Source: a virus (taxonomy: Duplodnaviria > Caudoviricetes). From it: a stretch of DNA of 56,577 bases. Made by a program: the position numbers and the translations under genes. The notes beneath the pieces were generated by a model. That model worked only from the letters and a program-made list of their open reading frames with translations, ran no database searches and was not told where the DNA came from. The stretch lies in the IMG/VR virus record IMGVR_UViG_3300046786_000614, positions 1-56,577 of that record. One strand, 5' to 3'. Below are positions 45,780 through 53,412 of this stretch, piece after piece (the stretch's first letter is position 1; every line of letters starts with the position of its first letter).

Positions 45780-46231
45780 AAGTCGCCTCCAGATTCATGC
45801 TGCCGGTTGAGATGCTTTTGGGCTGGCTGCTGTTTGCCATGGGACTGGTGGGTGGCGTTGGGCAAGGAACGCTGTATCGGGCCCTGCTCGAGCGCGGCGA
45901 GAACCTCAGTTGGGCGCTGCTCTTCTGTACGCTAGGCGGCATTCAGGTCATGATCGCCGTGACAGAATGGCGCTGGATGCGAGCATCGCCAGAGTTGGAT
46001 ATCATGCGGGCTAGTACCGCGCGCAGCGTGAGCGCCGGCATGGCAGTACTGGCATGGGCAGCCGTGTTTGTGTGGATCATCATGGAAGGGTTAGCGCGAA
46101 CCTCCATGATGGTAGTAATGATCGCGCCAATCACGGCCGCCTTCAATGCTTGGGCGTACGCAGAAAACCAAAAGGTAAAATATGCGCTCGACCCAAAGCA
46201 CCCCACTACTCGCCTACAGTTCCATCGGTAG
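45776..46231 (+). CDS. Four-TM membrane protein (lysis region)
   Basis: Four hydrophobic segments. Confidence 0.6.
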   Translation: MKVASRFMLPVEMLLGWLLFAMGLVGGVGQGTLYRALLERGENLSWALLFCTLGGIQVMIAVTEWRWMRASPELDIMRASTARSVSAGMAVLAWAAVFVWIIMEGLARTSMMVVMIAPITAAFNAWAYAENQKVKYALDPKHPTTRLQFHR

Positions 46232-46607
46232 CTTCCTCCTGCTGATGGCCATCCCGCTTGCCGCGGCGGGCGCCACCGACATGGCCAAGGCGCTCGATCT
46301 GGGCAGCGCCCGGTGGTGGGGCCTGTTCCTGTTTGCGCAGCTGATCACCCTGCTGGGCTACGCCGCCTCGAGCCTGAGCCAGTGGGCCGGCTGGGTTGAT
46401 GGGACAGTGCTCGCCAAGCTGACCATCATTCAGGGTGTGGCCTGCTCGCTCATGGCCGGCAACATCGCCTTCCTGCTGGGGCTGCACTACGCCCAGGTGA
46501 CAGAGGTGCAAGCCCTGATCGCCAGCGGTGCAGGCGGCTACGGCGGCGACAAGCTGCTGACCCCATTACTCAACCGCATATTCGGAAAGGCGACAGGCGA
46601 CAAATGA
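46182..46607 (+). CDS. Holin (putative)
   Basis: Multiple TM segments, ASGAGGYGG, basic C-terminus; directly upstream of the endolysin. Confidence 0.65.
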   Translation: MRSTQSTPLLAYSSIGSFLLLMAIPLAAAGATDMAKALDLGSARWWGLFLFAQLITLLGYAASSLSQWAGWVDGTVLAKLTIIQGVACSLMAGNIAFLLGLHYAQVTEVQALIASGAGGYGGDKLLTPLLNRIFGKATGDK

Positions 46608-46987
46608 TCCTGCACGAGGAGAGGCTGGAGAAGCTGCACCCGGATCTGGCTGCAGTGGTGAGGGAGGCGGCGAAGCACACACCGTGGGACATAGCGGTGA
46701 TCGAGACCCTGCGCACCCGGGAGCGGCAACAGCAGCTTGTCAACCAGGGCGCCAGCCAGACCATGCGCAGCAGGCACCTGGCCGGGCCTGACGGGCTGGC
46801 AAGAGCGGTGGACATAGCGCCTGCACCTGATGGGCAGATCAGCTGGGCGTGGCCCCTGTATCACGAGCTTGGTAGCTACATGAAAGACGCGGCAGCCAAA
46901 CTGGAAACGGTAGTTGAATGGGGCGCGGACTGGCCGCGATTTAAAGATGGGCCTCATTGGCAACTACCATGGGCAAATTACCCGTAG
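46604..46987 (+). CDS. Endolysin, peptidase M15 (L-Ala-D-Glu type)
   Basis: LHPDL, LRT.ERQ, SRHL, AVDI, WGADW..FKDGPHWQL. Confidence 0.9.
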   Translation: MILHEERLEKLHPDLAAVVREAAKHTPWDIAVIETLRTRERQQQLVNQGASQTMRSRHLAGPDGLARAVDIAPAPDGQISWAWPLYHELGSYMKDAAAKLETVVEWGADWPRFKDGPHWQLPWANYP

Positions 46988-47501
46988 GCCTGGCGGCCTT
47001 TACTGCAGCCACCGCAATGCCAATCACAAGCATTTCTTCATGAGTGAAACGATCACCACGCATGATGTTGCAGTCGCGACAAGCGGGCACTGTGTTGGCT
47101 TTGGTATGCCCCAACGCATTGTTCAACCGATCGCAACCAAGCTGCTCAGTAGTCCCACAATACACGCACTTTCCAGTGAAAACGTGCTTGAGCATGTAGC
47201 GGTAGTCAATGTCGCAGACTTGTCCTTTTGCCTTGTCTATTTGTCGATAGGCAGACGCAAGAAAGACGGCCCGACCCTTGATGCTTCTGTTGTATTTGAA
47301 CTGTCGAGCAATCGCCTTTTCCTTGCCTTCAGGCGTGAGATTGGACCAGCGCTCCTTCCTGCGATCTCTACCTTTCTTGCGTTCACTCAGGCACACCTTG
47401 CACTCATACGACAAACCCATGGGGCGCGGTGCGTCCTTGTAGAAGAAGTCGGACGTAAGCGGAAGGTCATTCCGGCAACGAAAGCAAGTGCGGGTTTCCA
47501 T
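46941..47501 (-). CDS. HNH-like endonuclease inserted antisense in the lysis cassette
   Basis: CFRC...FYK...CKVC; CVYCG...DRLNN..GHTKANTVPACRDCN. Confidence 0.8.
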   Translation of the reverse strand: METRTCFRCRNDLPLTSDFFYKDAPRPMGLSYECKVCLSERKKGRDRRKERWSNLTPEGKEKAIARQFKYNRSIKGRAVFLASAYRQIDKAKGQVCDIDYRYMLKHVFTGKCVYCGTTEQLGCDRLNNALGHTKANTVPACRDCNIMRGDRFTHEEMLVIGIAVAAVKAARPTGNLPMVVANEAHL

Positions 47502-47548
47502 GCCATAATCTACCACATGAAAAACACGTGCCACACACGGTTTTCGTT

Positions 47549-48064
47549 ATGCTGAACCCGTACCTCCTGCTGGCCATCGGCATCGCCTGGGTGTTCACCG
47601 TAGGCGGTGCATACCTCAAAGGGCAGGAGGATCAGAGCAACGCCATGCTGGCCGCCAGCTACCAGGAGGGCGTGAAGTCGACCCGCAAGTTCAACCAGTA
47701 CACCGCTGAGGATCTGGCAGCCACCAAGGCGGCCGCAGAGAAGGCGGCAAGGGCCCAGCTGCGAGCGCAGACGATCCAACATGAATTTGAGATGGAGGCA
47801 AGCCATGGCAAGCTGCTCACGGTACAACCAGACCCGGCCAAGCCTGCGGAACCTGCCGGCCCTGTGCGCATCAGCGCTGCTGGCATGCGCCTGCTCAACA
47901 ACGCCATCGCCGAGTACAACGCCAGTGCAGTCACCCCCGACGGCAGCCCTGGTGCGGTGCCCCCCAATGCCAAGCCTGGAGTCCGACCTGGTGGAGGACG
48001 TGCTCCGGAGACTGCTGGTCTTGCTCTCAAGCCAAGCAGCAGCCTGCGCCCGGATGCACGCTGA
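47549..48064 (+). CDS. i-spanin (Rz-like)
   Basis: N-terminal TM helix followed by an Ala-rich coiled coil. Confidence 0.7.
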   Translation: MLNPYLLLAIGIAWVFTVGGAYLKGQEDQSNAMLAASYQEGVKSTRKFNQYTAEDLAATKAAAEKAARAQLRAQTIQHEFEMEASHGKLLTVQPDPAKPAEPAGPVRISAAGMRLLNNAIAEYNASAVTPDGSPGAVPPNAKPGVRPGGGRAPETAGLALKPSSSLRPDAR

Positions 48065-48107
48065 GACCGTAGACTGGGTCCAGCGTCAGGTAGACAGGTC
48101 CAAGTAG
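47805..48107 (+). CDS. o-spanin lipoprotein (Rz1-like), overlapping frame
   Basis: GGAGG RBS; lipobox LLACAC-ST; Pro-rich; C...C. Confidence 0.7.
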   Translation: MASCSRYNQTRPSLRNLPALCASALLACACSTTPSPSTTPVQSPPTAALVRCPPMPSLESDLVEDVLRRLLVLLSSQAAACARMHAETVDWVQRQVDRSK

Positions 48108-49585
48108 GCGCCGATCACTTCGGCCGCGACTTGCGCCGCAATGGCGTTGCCGTAACCTCTCAACCTGCCGACACGCGGTGGCCCCACCTCTTTGCGGCGC
48201 AAGTGCGGCCGTATTCCTTCGCACAAAGGGCAGAACACACTTTCGCTTTCGAGCGATGGCTCTTGGCTACGAACTGACTTCCGCACACCTGGCAGTTTGA
48301 CTGGACTGGCGGCTTTTGATGCGTTGCTGCGTGGCACTTCGGGCAAAGAATCTGGATGTTCGCCGGCGCATTGTTGGTTGGATTCTCGTCCGCATGATGG
48401 CGATGCAGGCGCTTGCCTGTCGCTCCGCATTTCTCGCACACCTTCGCTTGATACATGTTCTGCGCCTGATACCGACCATCCATCGGAGTGGTTGGTACTT
48501 TCGTGACTGACGTCCCGAAGCATTTCATTGAGCAAAAGCGCCGCCTTGCCAGATCCCTCATACCCTGGAGGGAAACTCCGCACGATTCGCACACCTTCAT
48601 AGGTCACCGTTTCGATTTTGCAGACGGCGCAAGCATACACCATTCTGGCGGCAACCCCATGAGCCAGCGGGAATGTGCCGGATTCAACTGGCCGCCACTT
48701 ACCATCCCGGCAGAAGATCCAGTCAGCATCTCGCCAGTGGCCGTTCGTCGGGCCGGGCCGCTCAACTGCGCCTGCCGCGGCAACTGATCCAGCCTCGACC
48801 TGTCTGCTGTCTCCGTCGCCATGCCCGGCGAGTCCTTCCAGTCGCGTGCGCTCGGTGTCACCCATGAGGCCAGCGCCGCCGCATGGTTCAGCGTCACATT
48901 CGGCGTGGTGTAATCCGGCGCCGGCGACCGCACAGAATCCTGCCTCGTGGTTGTCGGCCAGCTCGCAAGCAATGCCGTGTTCTTCAGCATCGCCCCGATA
49001 CTCGCCCCCGAGTCCCTCGCTTCTCCCGCTGCCCGCCGCATCGCTACCGACTCGCACCCGCCCCCGCTCGGATCTGTCGCTCCCGGCGTCGGCCACGAAC
49101 CACAGTCGTTGTCTGATATGCGGCGCACCGAAGCCCGCAGCAGGGATACCGACCGGCGCGAAGGCGTAACCGATTCCTTCCATGTCAGCTTGAACAAGGT
49201 CGAGCCAGCCGTGGCGGATCGCGCTTTCAACCTGCTCACCAAAGACGACGTCAGGCTGGCGCTGGCGGATGAGCTTGAACCAGACAGGCCAGAGGTGGCG
49301 TTCGTCTGACATGCCGGATTGCTTGCCTGCAGCACTGAAAGGCTGGCAGGGGCAGCTTCCGGTCCAGACGGGCCGATCGTCAGGCCACCCGGCAAGCCGG
49401 AGGGCGTGGGACCAGACCCCAATGCCTGCGAAGAAATGGCACTGGGTGTATCCCACAAGGTCATCTGCTCGGACATCTGCAATGCTCCTTGAATCGACGT
49501 CGCCAGGCGCGATGTGCCCGGCCTTGATCAGGTTCCGCAGCCATTCTGCCGCATACAGATCGAACTCGTTGTAGTAGGCGCTCAT
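48086..49585 (-). CDS. C5-cytosine DNA methyltransferase, alpha polypeptide
   Basis: FFAGIG (I), GSCPCQPFS (IV), GEQV (VI), PHIRQRLWF (VIII), LRGYGNAI (X); no motif IX. Confidence 0.9.
   Translation of the reverse strand: MSAYYNEFDLYAAEWLRNLIKAGHIAPGDVDSRSIADVRADDLVGYTQCHFFAGIGVWSHALRLAGWPDDRPVWTGSCPCQPFSAAGKQSGMSDERHLWPVWFKLIRQRQPDVVFGEQVESAIRHGWLDLVQADMEGIGYAFAPVGIPAAGFGAPHIRQRLWFVADAGSDRSERGRVRVGSDAAGSGRSEGLGGEYRGDAEEHGIACELADNHEAGFCAVAGAGLHHAECDAEPCGGAGLMGDTERTRLEGLAGHGDGDSRQVEAGSVAAAGAVERPGPTNGHWRDADWIFCRDGKWRPVESGTFPLAHGVAARMVYACAVCKIETVTYEGVRIVRSFPPGYEGSGKAALLLNEMLRDVSHESTNHSDGWSVSGAEHVSSEGVREMRSDRQAPASPSCGRESNQQCAGEHPDSLPEVPRSNASKAASPVKLPGVRKSVRSQEPSLESESVFCPLCEGIRPHLRRKEVGPPRVGRLRGYGNAIAAQVAAEVIGAYLDLST
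48160..48600 (-). CDS. HNH endonuclease with Zn fingers, nested in the methylase gene
   Basis: C..CG...FCSMKC; CEKCG...LHRHHADENPTNNAPANIQILCPKCH...H; C..CG..F...CS..C. Confidence 0.8.
   Translation of the reverse strand: MKVCESCGVSLQGMRDLARRRFCSMKCFGTSVTKVPTTPMDGRYQAQNMYQAKVCEKCGATGKRLHRHHADENPTNNAPANIQILCPKCHAATHQKPPVQSNCQVCGSQFVAKSHRSKAKVCSALCAKEYGRTCAAKRWGHRVSAG
48604..49476 (-). CDS. C5 methyltransferase beta polypeptide in an overlapping frame
   Basis: AAGGAG 8 nt before the ATG; repeated W.TP motifs; QLNPAHSRWLMGLPPEW (motif IX). Confidence 0.75.
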   Translation of the reverse strand: MSEQMTLWDTPSAISSQALGSGPTPSGLPGGLTIGPSGPEAAPASLSVLQASNPACQTNATSGLSGSSSSASASLTSSLVSRLKARSATAGSTLFKLTWKESVTPSRRSVSLLRASVRRISDNDCGSWPTPGATDPSGGGCESVAMRRAAGEARDSGASIGAMLKNTALLASWPTTTRQDSVRSPAPDYTTPNVTLNHAAALASWVTPSARDWKDSPGMATETADRSRLDQLPRQAQLSGPARRTATGEMLTGSSAGMVSGGQLNPAHSRWLMGLPPEWCMLAPSAKSKR

Positions 49586-49806
49586 TGGATCAGCTGCTGC
49601 AGTTCCTCATACGACACACCGATCTCGCGCGCCAGCTTCCGGTCTTCGATCTCCTGCCGGATCACTCGCTTGCGCTTGTCCTCCTCCCCCGGCGCCCAGT
49701 AATCCGTAACCGGCCGTTCAGGACGGAGCTCGGCAGTAACCCCCATGCCAAACGCCACGCGCTGCGCCACCGATACTGCCTTGCCCTTCCTGTGGTCCTT
49801 GCCCAT
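49582..49806 (-). CDS. Hypothetical protein
   Basis: Packed in the leftward arm; RQEIEDRKLARE. Confidence 0.55.
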   Translation of the reverse strand: MGKDHRKGKAVSVAQRVAFGMGVTAELRPERPVTDYWAPGEEDKRKRVIRQEIEDRKLAREIGVSYEELQQLIQ

Positions 49807-49817
49807 ACAAGCCCCCG

Positions 49818-50039
49818 TCAGATGGTCACGCCAAGTTCTGCAAGCTTACGCCGCCAGCTATCGCTTTCCAACAGCCGGGCGCGCACCGCCTGCATGAGTG
49901 CCACCTGTTCGTCAGCGGCCGCCTGGCTGAGTTTCTTGGCAGCAACCCAGCGCGGATAAACGCGAGCCCTGAACGAGAGCTCGCGATCGATACAGGCCAC
50001 CAGCTGCTCGGTGGCCGGCGGCCCCAGCAGGTCAGTCAT
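49818..50039 (-). CDS. Hypothetical phage protein
   Basis: CIDRELSFRARVYPRWV...A..E...MQAV. Confidence 0.6.
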   Translation of the reverse strand: MTDLLGPPATEQLVACIDRELSFRARVYPRWVAAKKLSQAAADEQVALMQAVRARLLESDSWRRKLAELGVTI

Positions 50040-50535
50040 CGCCGAAGTCAAGGCCTTCACCTTCGGGCGCGATCGACACCTTGAGCTCGACGCCAAGCAT
50101 GGCGGCCAGCTTGCCCAGCACCGGACCCTCCGGCACCACCTGCAAACGGAAAGCCACCTCGACCGTGCCACCCTCCTTGGTGATGAAGGACAGCTTGTTG
50201 ACGTCACAGTCGAAAACCAGGTTGGACTTCTTGGTGGCGCCATGCAGGCACACCTGGGCCTTCTTCATCTCGCCCGACCACTTGATCATGCCCATCTCCG
50301 GGTACAGCAGCCGCGGCATGTAGCCCGGGTTGTCGTGGATGATCGAGCCCTGCACCGACGAATCCGGAGGACCGTAGAGCGAGCCCTTCAGGGTGCTGCT
50401 CAGGTAGGACAGGAAGTCATTGCTCATGTCCGAGGTGACTTTGACGTCGACCGCGGTGACCGATTCATCGCCATGCTTTTCCTCACGGAAATTGATGTGG
50501 GCGATCTTGCATTGCTGTGCTGTCAGGGTAAACAT
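50032..50535 (-). CDS. Hypothetical phage protein
   Basis: GAGGAG RBS; N.REEKHGDE..AVDV...EGGTV. Confidence 0.65.
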   Translation of the reverse strand: MFTLTAQQCKIAHINFREEKHGDESVTAVDVKVTSDMSNDFLSYLSSTLKGSLYGPPDSSVQGSIIHDNPGYMPRLLYPEMGMIKWSGEMKKAQVCLHGATKKSNLVFDCDVNKLSFITKEGGTVEVAFRLQVVPEGPVLGKLAAMLGVELKVSIAPEGEGLDFGDD

Positions 50536-50566
50536 TGCTGCTCCTCAAAAGCCCCGAAGGGCGAAA

Positions 50567-51772
50567 TCAATCCTGCCAGGGCAGGTCGTTTGGCATCTCT
50601 GCCAGGCTGTTGTCCGGCGGCGGCTCAGGCCCGATGGTGGCCGACAGCAGGTCAGGCCCATGCCGGCGCTCCGCCTCCTGCGCTACCAGGCCCTGAGCGC
50701 CTTGCGGTGCCGGCTTGGCTTGCTCACGCTCAAGTGCTCGAGCCGCCTCCATGGCCACTGCCGAACGGTTGTACAGCACCTGGAGGTCTGGGAAGGTAGC
50801 CTTGCGCTTTTCGTACCAGGCTTTGACCTGACCCAGCGCGGTGTCGACCACGCCCGCCTCGAGCTCTTCCTTGAAGCGGCGCACCTCGCGGTAGACCGCC
50901 TCAAACACGCGCGCCAGATCGGGACCGGTAACGGCCGCATTGATGCGCTTCTCAGCCATAGCCAGCACCGCGCCCAGCCGCTCCTGTGGTGGGCCCAGAT
51001 CCGGATCCTCAGCCAGCACCGCACCGGTGGTAAGCCAGGCAGCCAACCGGCGGCCCCAGCTTTCATCGAGCCGACCCACCGCGTTTCCAATCTCCCCAAA
51101 CACTCCTGAGCGATCCTTCAGGTTGGTGGCGACATTGCCCTCGACCGACAGCCCGAGGAGGGTGGTGAACTCATACTCAAACCCGGCGCGCATCTCCGGC
51201 GCCATGCCGATGCGGGTGGGAGTCTTGACCATGCGGCCTTGCTTGTTCTGCTTCTCGCTCAGATCCCACTTGGTCTTTTGCCGCATGGTAGCGATCAGGT
51301 GCGCCGGCGAGGCCAGGATGCCGTCGACAAAGCGCTGGTACTCCGGCGTGCCGGTAGCCCAGGCATTGAAGGAATTCCCGCCAGACCCGGCAGCGGCCTT
51401 CTCAGCCACTTCAAGGATGCCGCCCGGGCCCGACCATGCATGCGTGACCTGGTCGACGATCACCACTGCATAGCCCGCCCGCTCAAACTGGCGCAGCGCC
51501 GACAGGTACCGGTCGACGGTGTACGGCGGATCCAACTCGATGCAGTCGAACGGCACGATGTGGCTGTACAGCTGGGCAGACTTGCGCTCGGTGTCGATCA
51601 GCCCGATCTTGCCTTCGATCGTGCCGGGCATACCGGCGGCCAGCATGCCCTCGACAACACCCTTGGCAAGCAACAACGAGCTCCAGGTCTTGCCACCACC
51701 AGATGGCGCAGTCAGGCCCAGCCGTAGGCGAGCCTGTGACCGCTGCGCGCGGACAATTTCAAAACCCGACAT
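50567..51772 (-). CDS. AAA ATPase (Sak4/AAA_24-like recombination protein)
   Basis: LGLTAPSGGGKT, IDTE, IVDQVTHAW.G.GG, TMRQK, EYEFT; acidic DLPW tail. Confidence 0.8.
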   Translation of the reverse strand: MSGFEIVRAQRSQARLRLGLTAPSGGGKTWSSLLLAKGVVEGMLAAGMPGTIEGKIGLIDTERKSAQLYSHIVPFDCIELDPPYTVDRYLSALRQFERAGYAVVIVDQVTHAWSGPGGILEVAEKAAAGSGGNSFNAWATGTPEYQRFVDGILASPAHLIATMRQKTKWDLSEKQNKQGRMVKTPTRIGMAPEMRAGFEYEFTTLLGLSVEGNVATNLKDRSGVFGEIGNAVGRLDESWGRRLAAWLTTGAVLAEDPDLGPPQERLGAVLAMAEKRINAAVTGPDLARVFEAVYREVRRFKEELEAGVVDTALGQVKAWYEKRKATFPDLQVLYNRSAVAMEAARALEREQAKPAPQGAQGLVAQEAERRHGPDLLSATIGPEPPPDNSLAEMPNDLPWQD

Positions 51773-52148
51773 CGTTTCCTCCCGGTTCAATAACCGGGTT
51801 GACATTGCCGCCAACAGTGGCCGGCGTCAATTCGGGATTACCCGCACCTGTTTCACGTGAAACACTTGGCACGTTGCCCGTGAACGAGCCGCCCGGCGGT
51901 TCCGGCAACAATGGCGCGGGCGTCTTAGTCCGGTCAGCCTTCACATCAAAGTGGGCGTACAGTCGCTTGCCCAGCGACCGCATGTCCCGCTCATCCCGCA
52001 ACAACCTGTCGTACTCCTGCTTGGCCTTGCGGCCCGCTTCAGTGCTTGCCCAGCCATTGGCCTCGTGCTCCACCCGCAGGGCCTTAGCCTGGCCATTGAT
52101 CATCCGAGCGGCCCGGTCCAGCAACGTCTTGTCAGTCAGCGTAAACAT
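51759..52148 (-). CDS. Hypothetical protein
   Basis: GAGGTG RBS; packed arm. Confidence 0.55.
   Translation of the reverse strand: MFTLTDKTLLDRAARMINGQAKALRVEHEANGWASTEAGRKAKQEYDRLLRDERDMRSLGKRLYAHFDVKADRTKTPAPLLPEPPGGSFTGNVPSVSRETGAGNPELTPATVGGNVNPVIEPGGNDVGF
51849..51864. promoter_or_regulatory. parS: parS centromere-like site
   Basis: Exact 16-bp palindrome TGTTTCACGTGAAACA, the consensus bacterial chromosomal parS. Confidence 0.75.
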
Positions 52149-52157
52149 CACCTCTCC

Positions 52158-52352
52158 TCAACGCCCGAGAACAGAACGAAGCGCTGCCGCCGGGCAATCC
52201 AGCATCGCCAGTTGGGAAACCACGCGCCGGCGCTCGGTGAGCGACAAACGCAACGACTCTTCCAGGCCAGCCACCGCGGCGCGCTGCCATTCGATGTCGG
52301 CATCGAGATCGGCCAGGCGCCAGCGCAACCACCACATCCGGATCCGCTTCAT
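52158..52352 (-). CDS. Hypothetical protein
   Basis: Packed leftward ORF with RBS. Confidence 0.5.
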   Translation of the reverse strand: MKRIRMWWLRWRLADLDADIEWQRAAVAGLEESLRLSLTERRRVVSQLAMLDCPAAALRSVLGR

Positions 52353-52633
52353 GCTTTCTCTCCCGAAAAGGCGCGGCCGATCGCCGCAACAGACTGCTCC
52401 TTGTTCCACGCCTCGTTGATGGCAGTCTCCAACCAGGCAAGCCGCTTGCGCGCCTGAGAGGGAGAGCACCCGGTAGCCTTGCCCGGCGCCAGATTGAACC
52501 CCAGCACCCGCACCCCGTTCTGGTCGACCAGGTACCCAAGCCATGGGGCCTGGCCTGTCTGGTCAATCACAAAGGGGCCGACACCCGGGGCGGTGGGGCG
52601 CACTGTCGCTTGCGGCTTTGACGGGTAGCGCAT
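52349..52633 (-). CDS. Hypothetical protein
   Basis: Packed leftward ORF. Confidence 0.5.
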   Translation of the reverse strand: MRYPSKPQATVRPTAPGVGPFVIDQTGQAPWLGYLVDQNGVRVLGFNLAPGKATGCSPSQARKRLAWLETAINEAWNKEQSVAAIGRAFSGEKA

Positions 52634-52857
52634 CAGTTCCCCCTGTCCTGCCCATCCAACCCGCACGCCGCAGCGCACTGGTCTTCATAGGCCATGTCAA
52701 AAAGCCGCCCCAGATCAGGGCCGGCAGATTCGGTGCAACTATCGCACCGGGTGGTGCGGGTGTTCCGGTCGTAGGTGATCTCATCACCCTTCTTCACCAC
52801 GGCATTGCACTTGCTGCAGGTGCCGTTGAAGCGCGCGATCATGAGCATGCCCATCAA
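52633..52857 (-). CDS. Small zinc-binding protein
   Basis: ARFNGTCSKC...KGDEI.Y...CDSC. Confidence 0.6.
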   Translation of the reverse strand: MMGMLMIARFNGTCSKCNAVVKKGDEITYDRNTRTTRCDSCTESAGPDLGRLFDMAYEDQCAAACGLDGQDRGN

Positions 52858-53084
52858 AACGCCTCCTCGAGTTGGTCAACCATCATTTCGATGACCACGG
52901 TGCACAGCCGATCCATGAAGGGCTCGGTGTCGTAGTAGGTGAGGGCATGCATGGCAAGCAGCACGATGCCGCTAGTCTCGCCGTACACCTTCCGTGCTTC
53001 AGGAAGCATGCTGGCAAGGCACTGCTGGGTAGCAGTCAAAACGGGATTTACATACGCGGTGGCCATTTGGATCTCCAGGTTCAT
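52854..53084 (-). CDS. Hypothetical protein (first leftward early gene)
   Basis: Downstream of the leftward promoter; start could be 53066. Confidence 0.55.
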   Translation of the reverse strand: MNLEIQMATAYVNPVLTATQQCLASMLPEARKVYGETSGIVLLAMHALTYYDTEPFMDRLCTVVIEMMVDQLEEAF

Positions 53085-53412
53085 CGCTCAGGGATTGAGC
53101 GCCACGGAACAGAGATTAATACAGTCTTTTGGAAAGTGCAAGAAATAATTTGCAGTCACCTTCAAAAAGGTTTACAGTTACTCCACACACAAGGAGAAAC
53201 CAATGGACCGACCACCCAGAACGATCGAACAACGCAGGGAAGCGCTGAAGCTCAAGCAGCAGCGCATGCAGACCATAGTCGACATGCGGGCCGCGGGTAA
53301 GACCTGGAAGCAGTGCGCAGACAAGTGCGGCCTGAACCACCTGCAACGAGCTCAACAGCTGCATGCCGAAGCACTGGCAGAGGGGCTGACACCGACACCG
53401 GAGGCGGCATGA
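53052..53412. repeat. Imperfect direct repeat, copy 2 (matches 1-362)
   Basis: Same divergent promoters and HTH gene as the window start. Confidence 0.95.
53203..53412 (+). CDS. Small HTH protein, second copy
   Basis: Identical to the 153-362 product except ...PEAA vs ...PETA. Confidence 0.6.
   Translation: MDRPPRTIEQRREALKLKQQRMQTIVDMRAAGKTWKQCADKCGLNHLQRAQQLHAEALAEGLTPTPEAA

Noticed and set aside
48176-48643. Group I intron or intein in the C5 methylase
   Set aside because: No intein C1/HN-C ends and no room or evident core for a ribozyme; the insert is almost fully occupied by the HNH ORF
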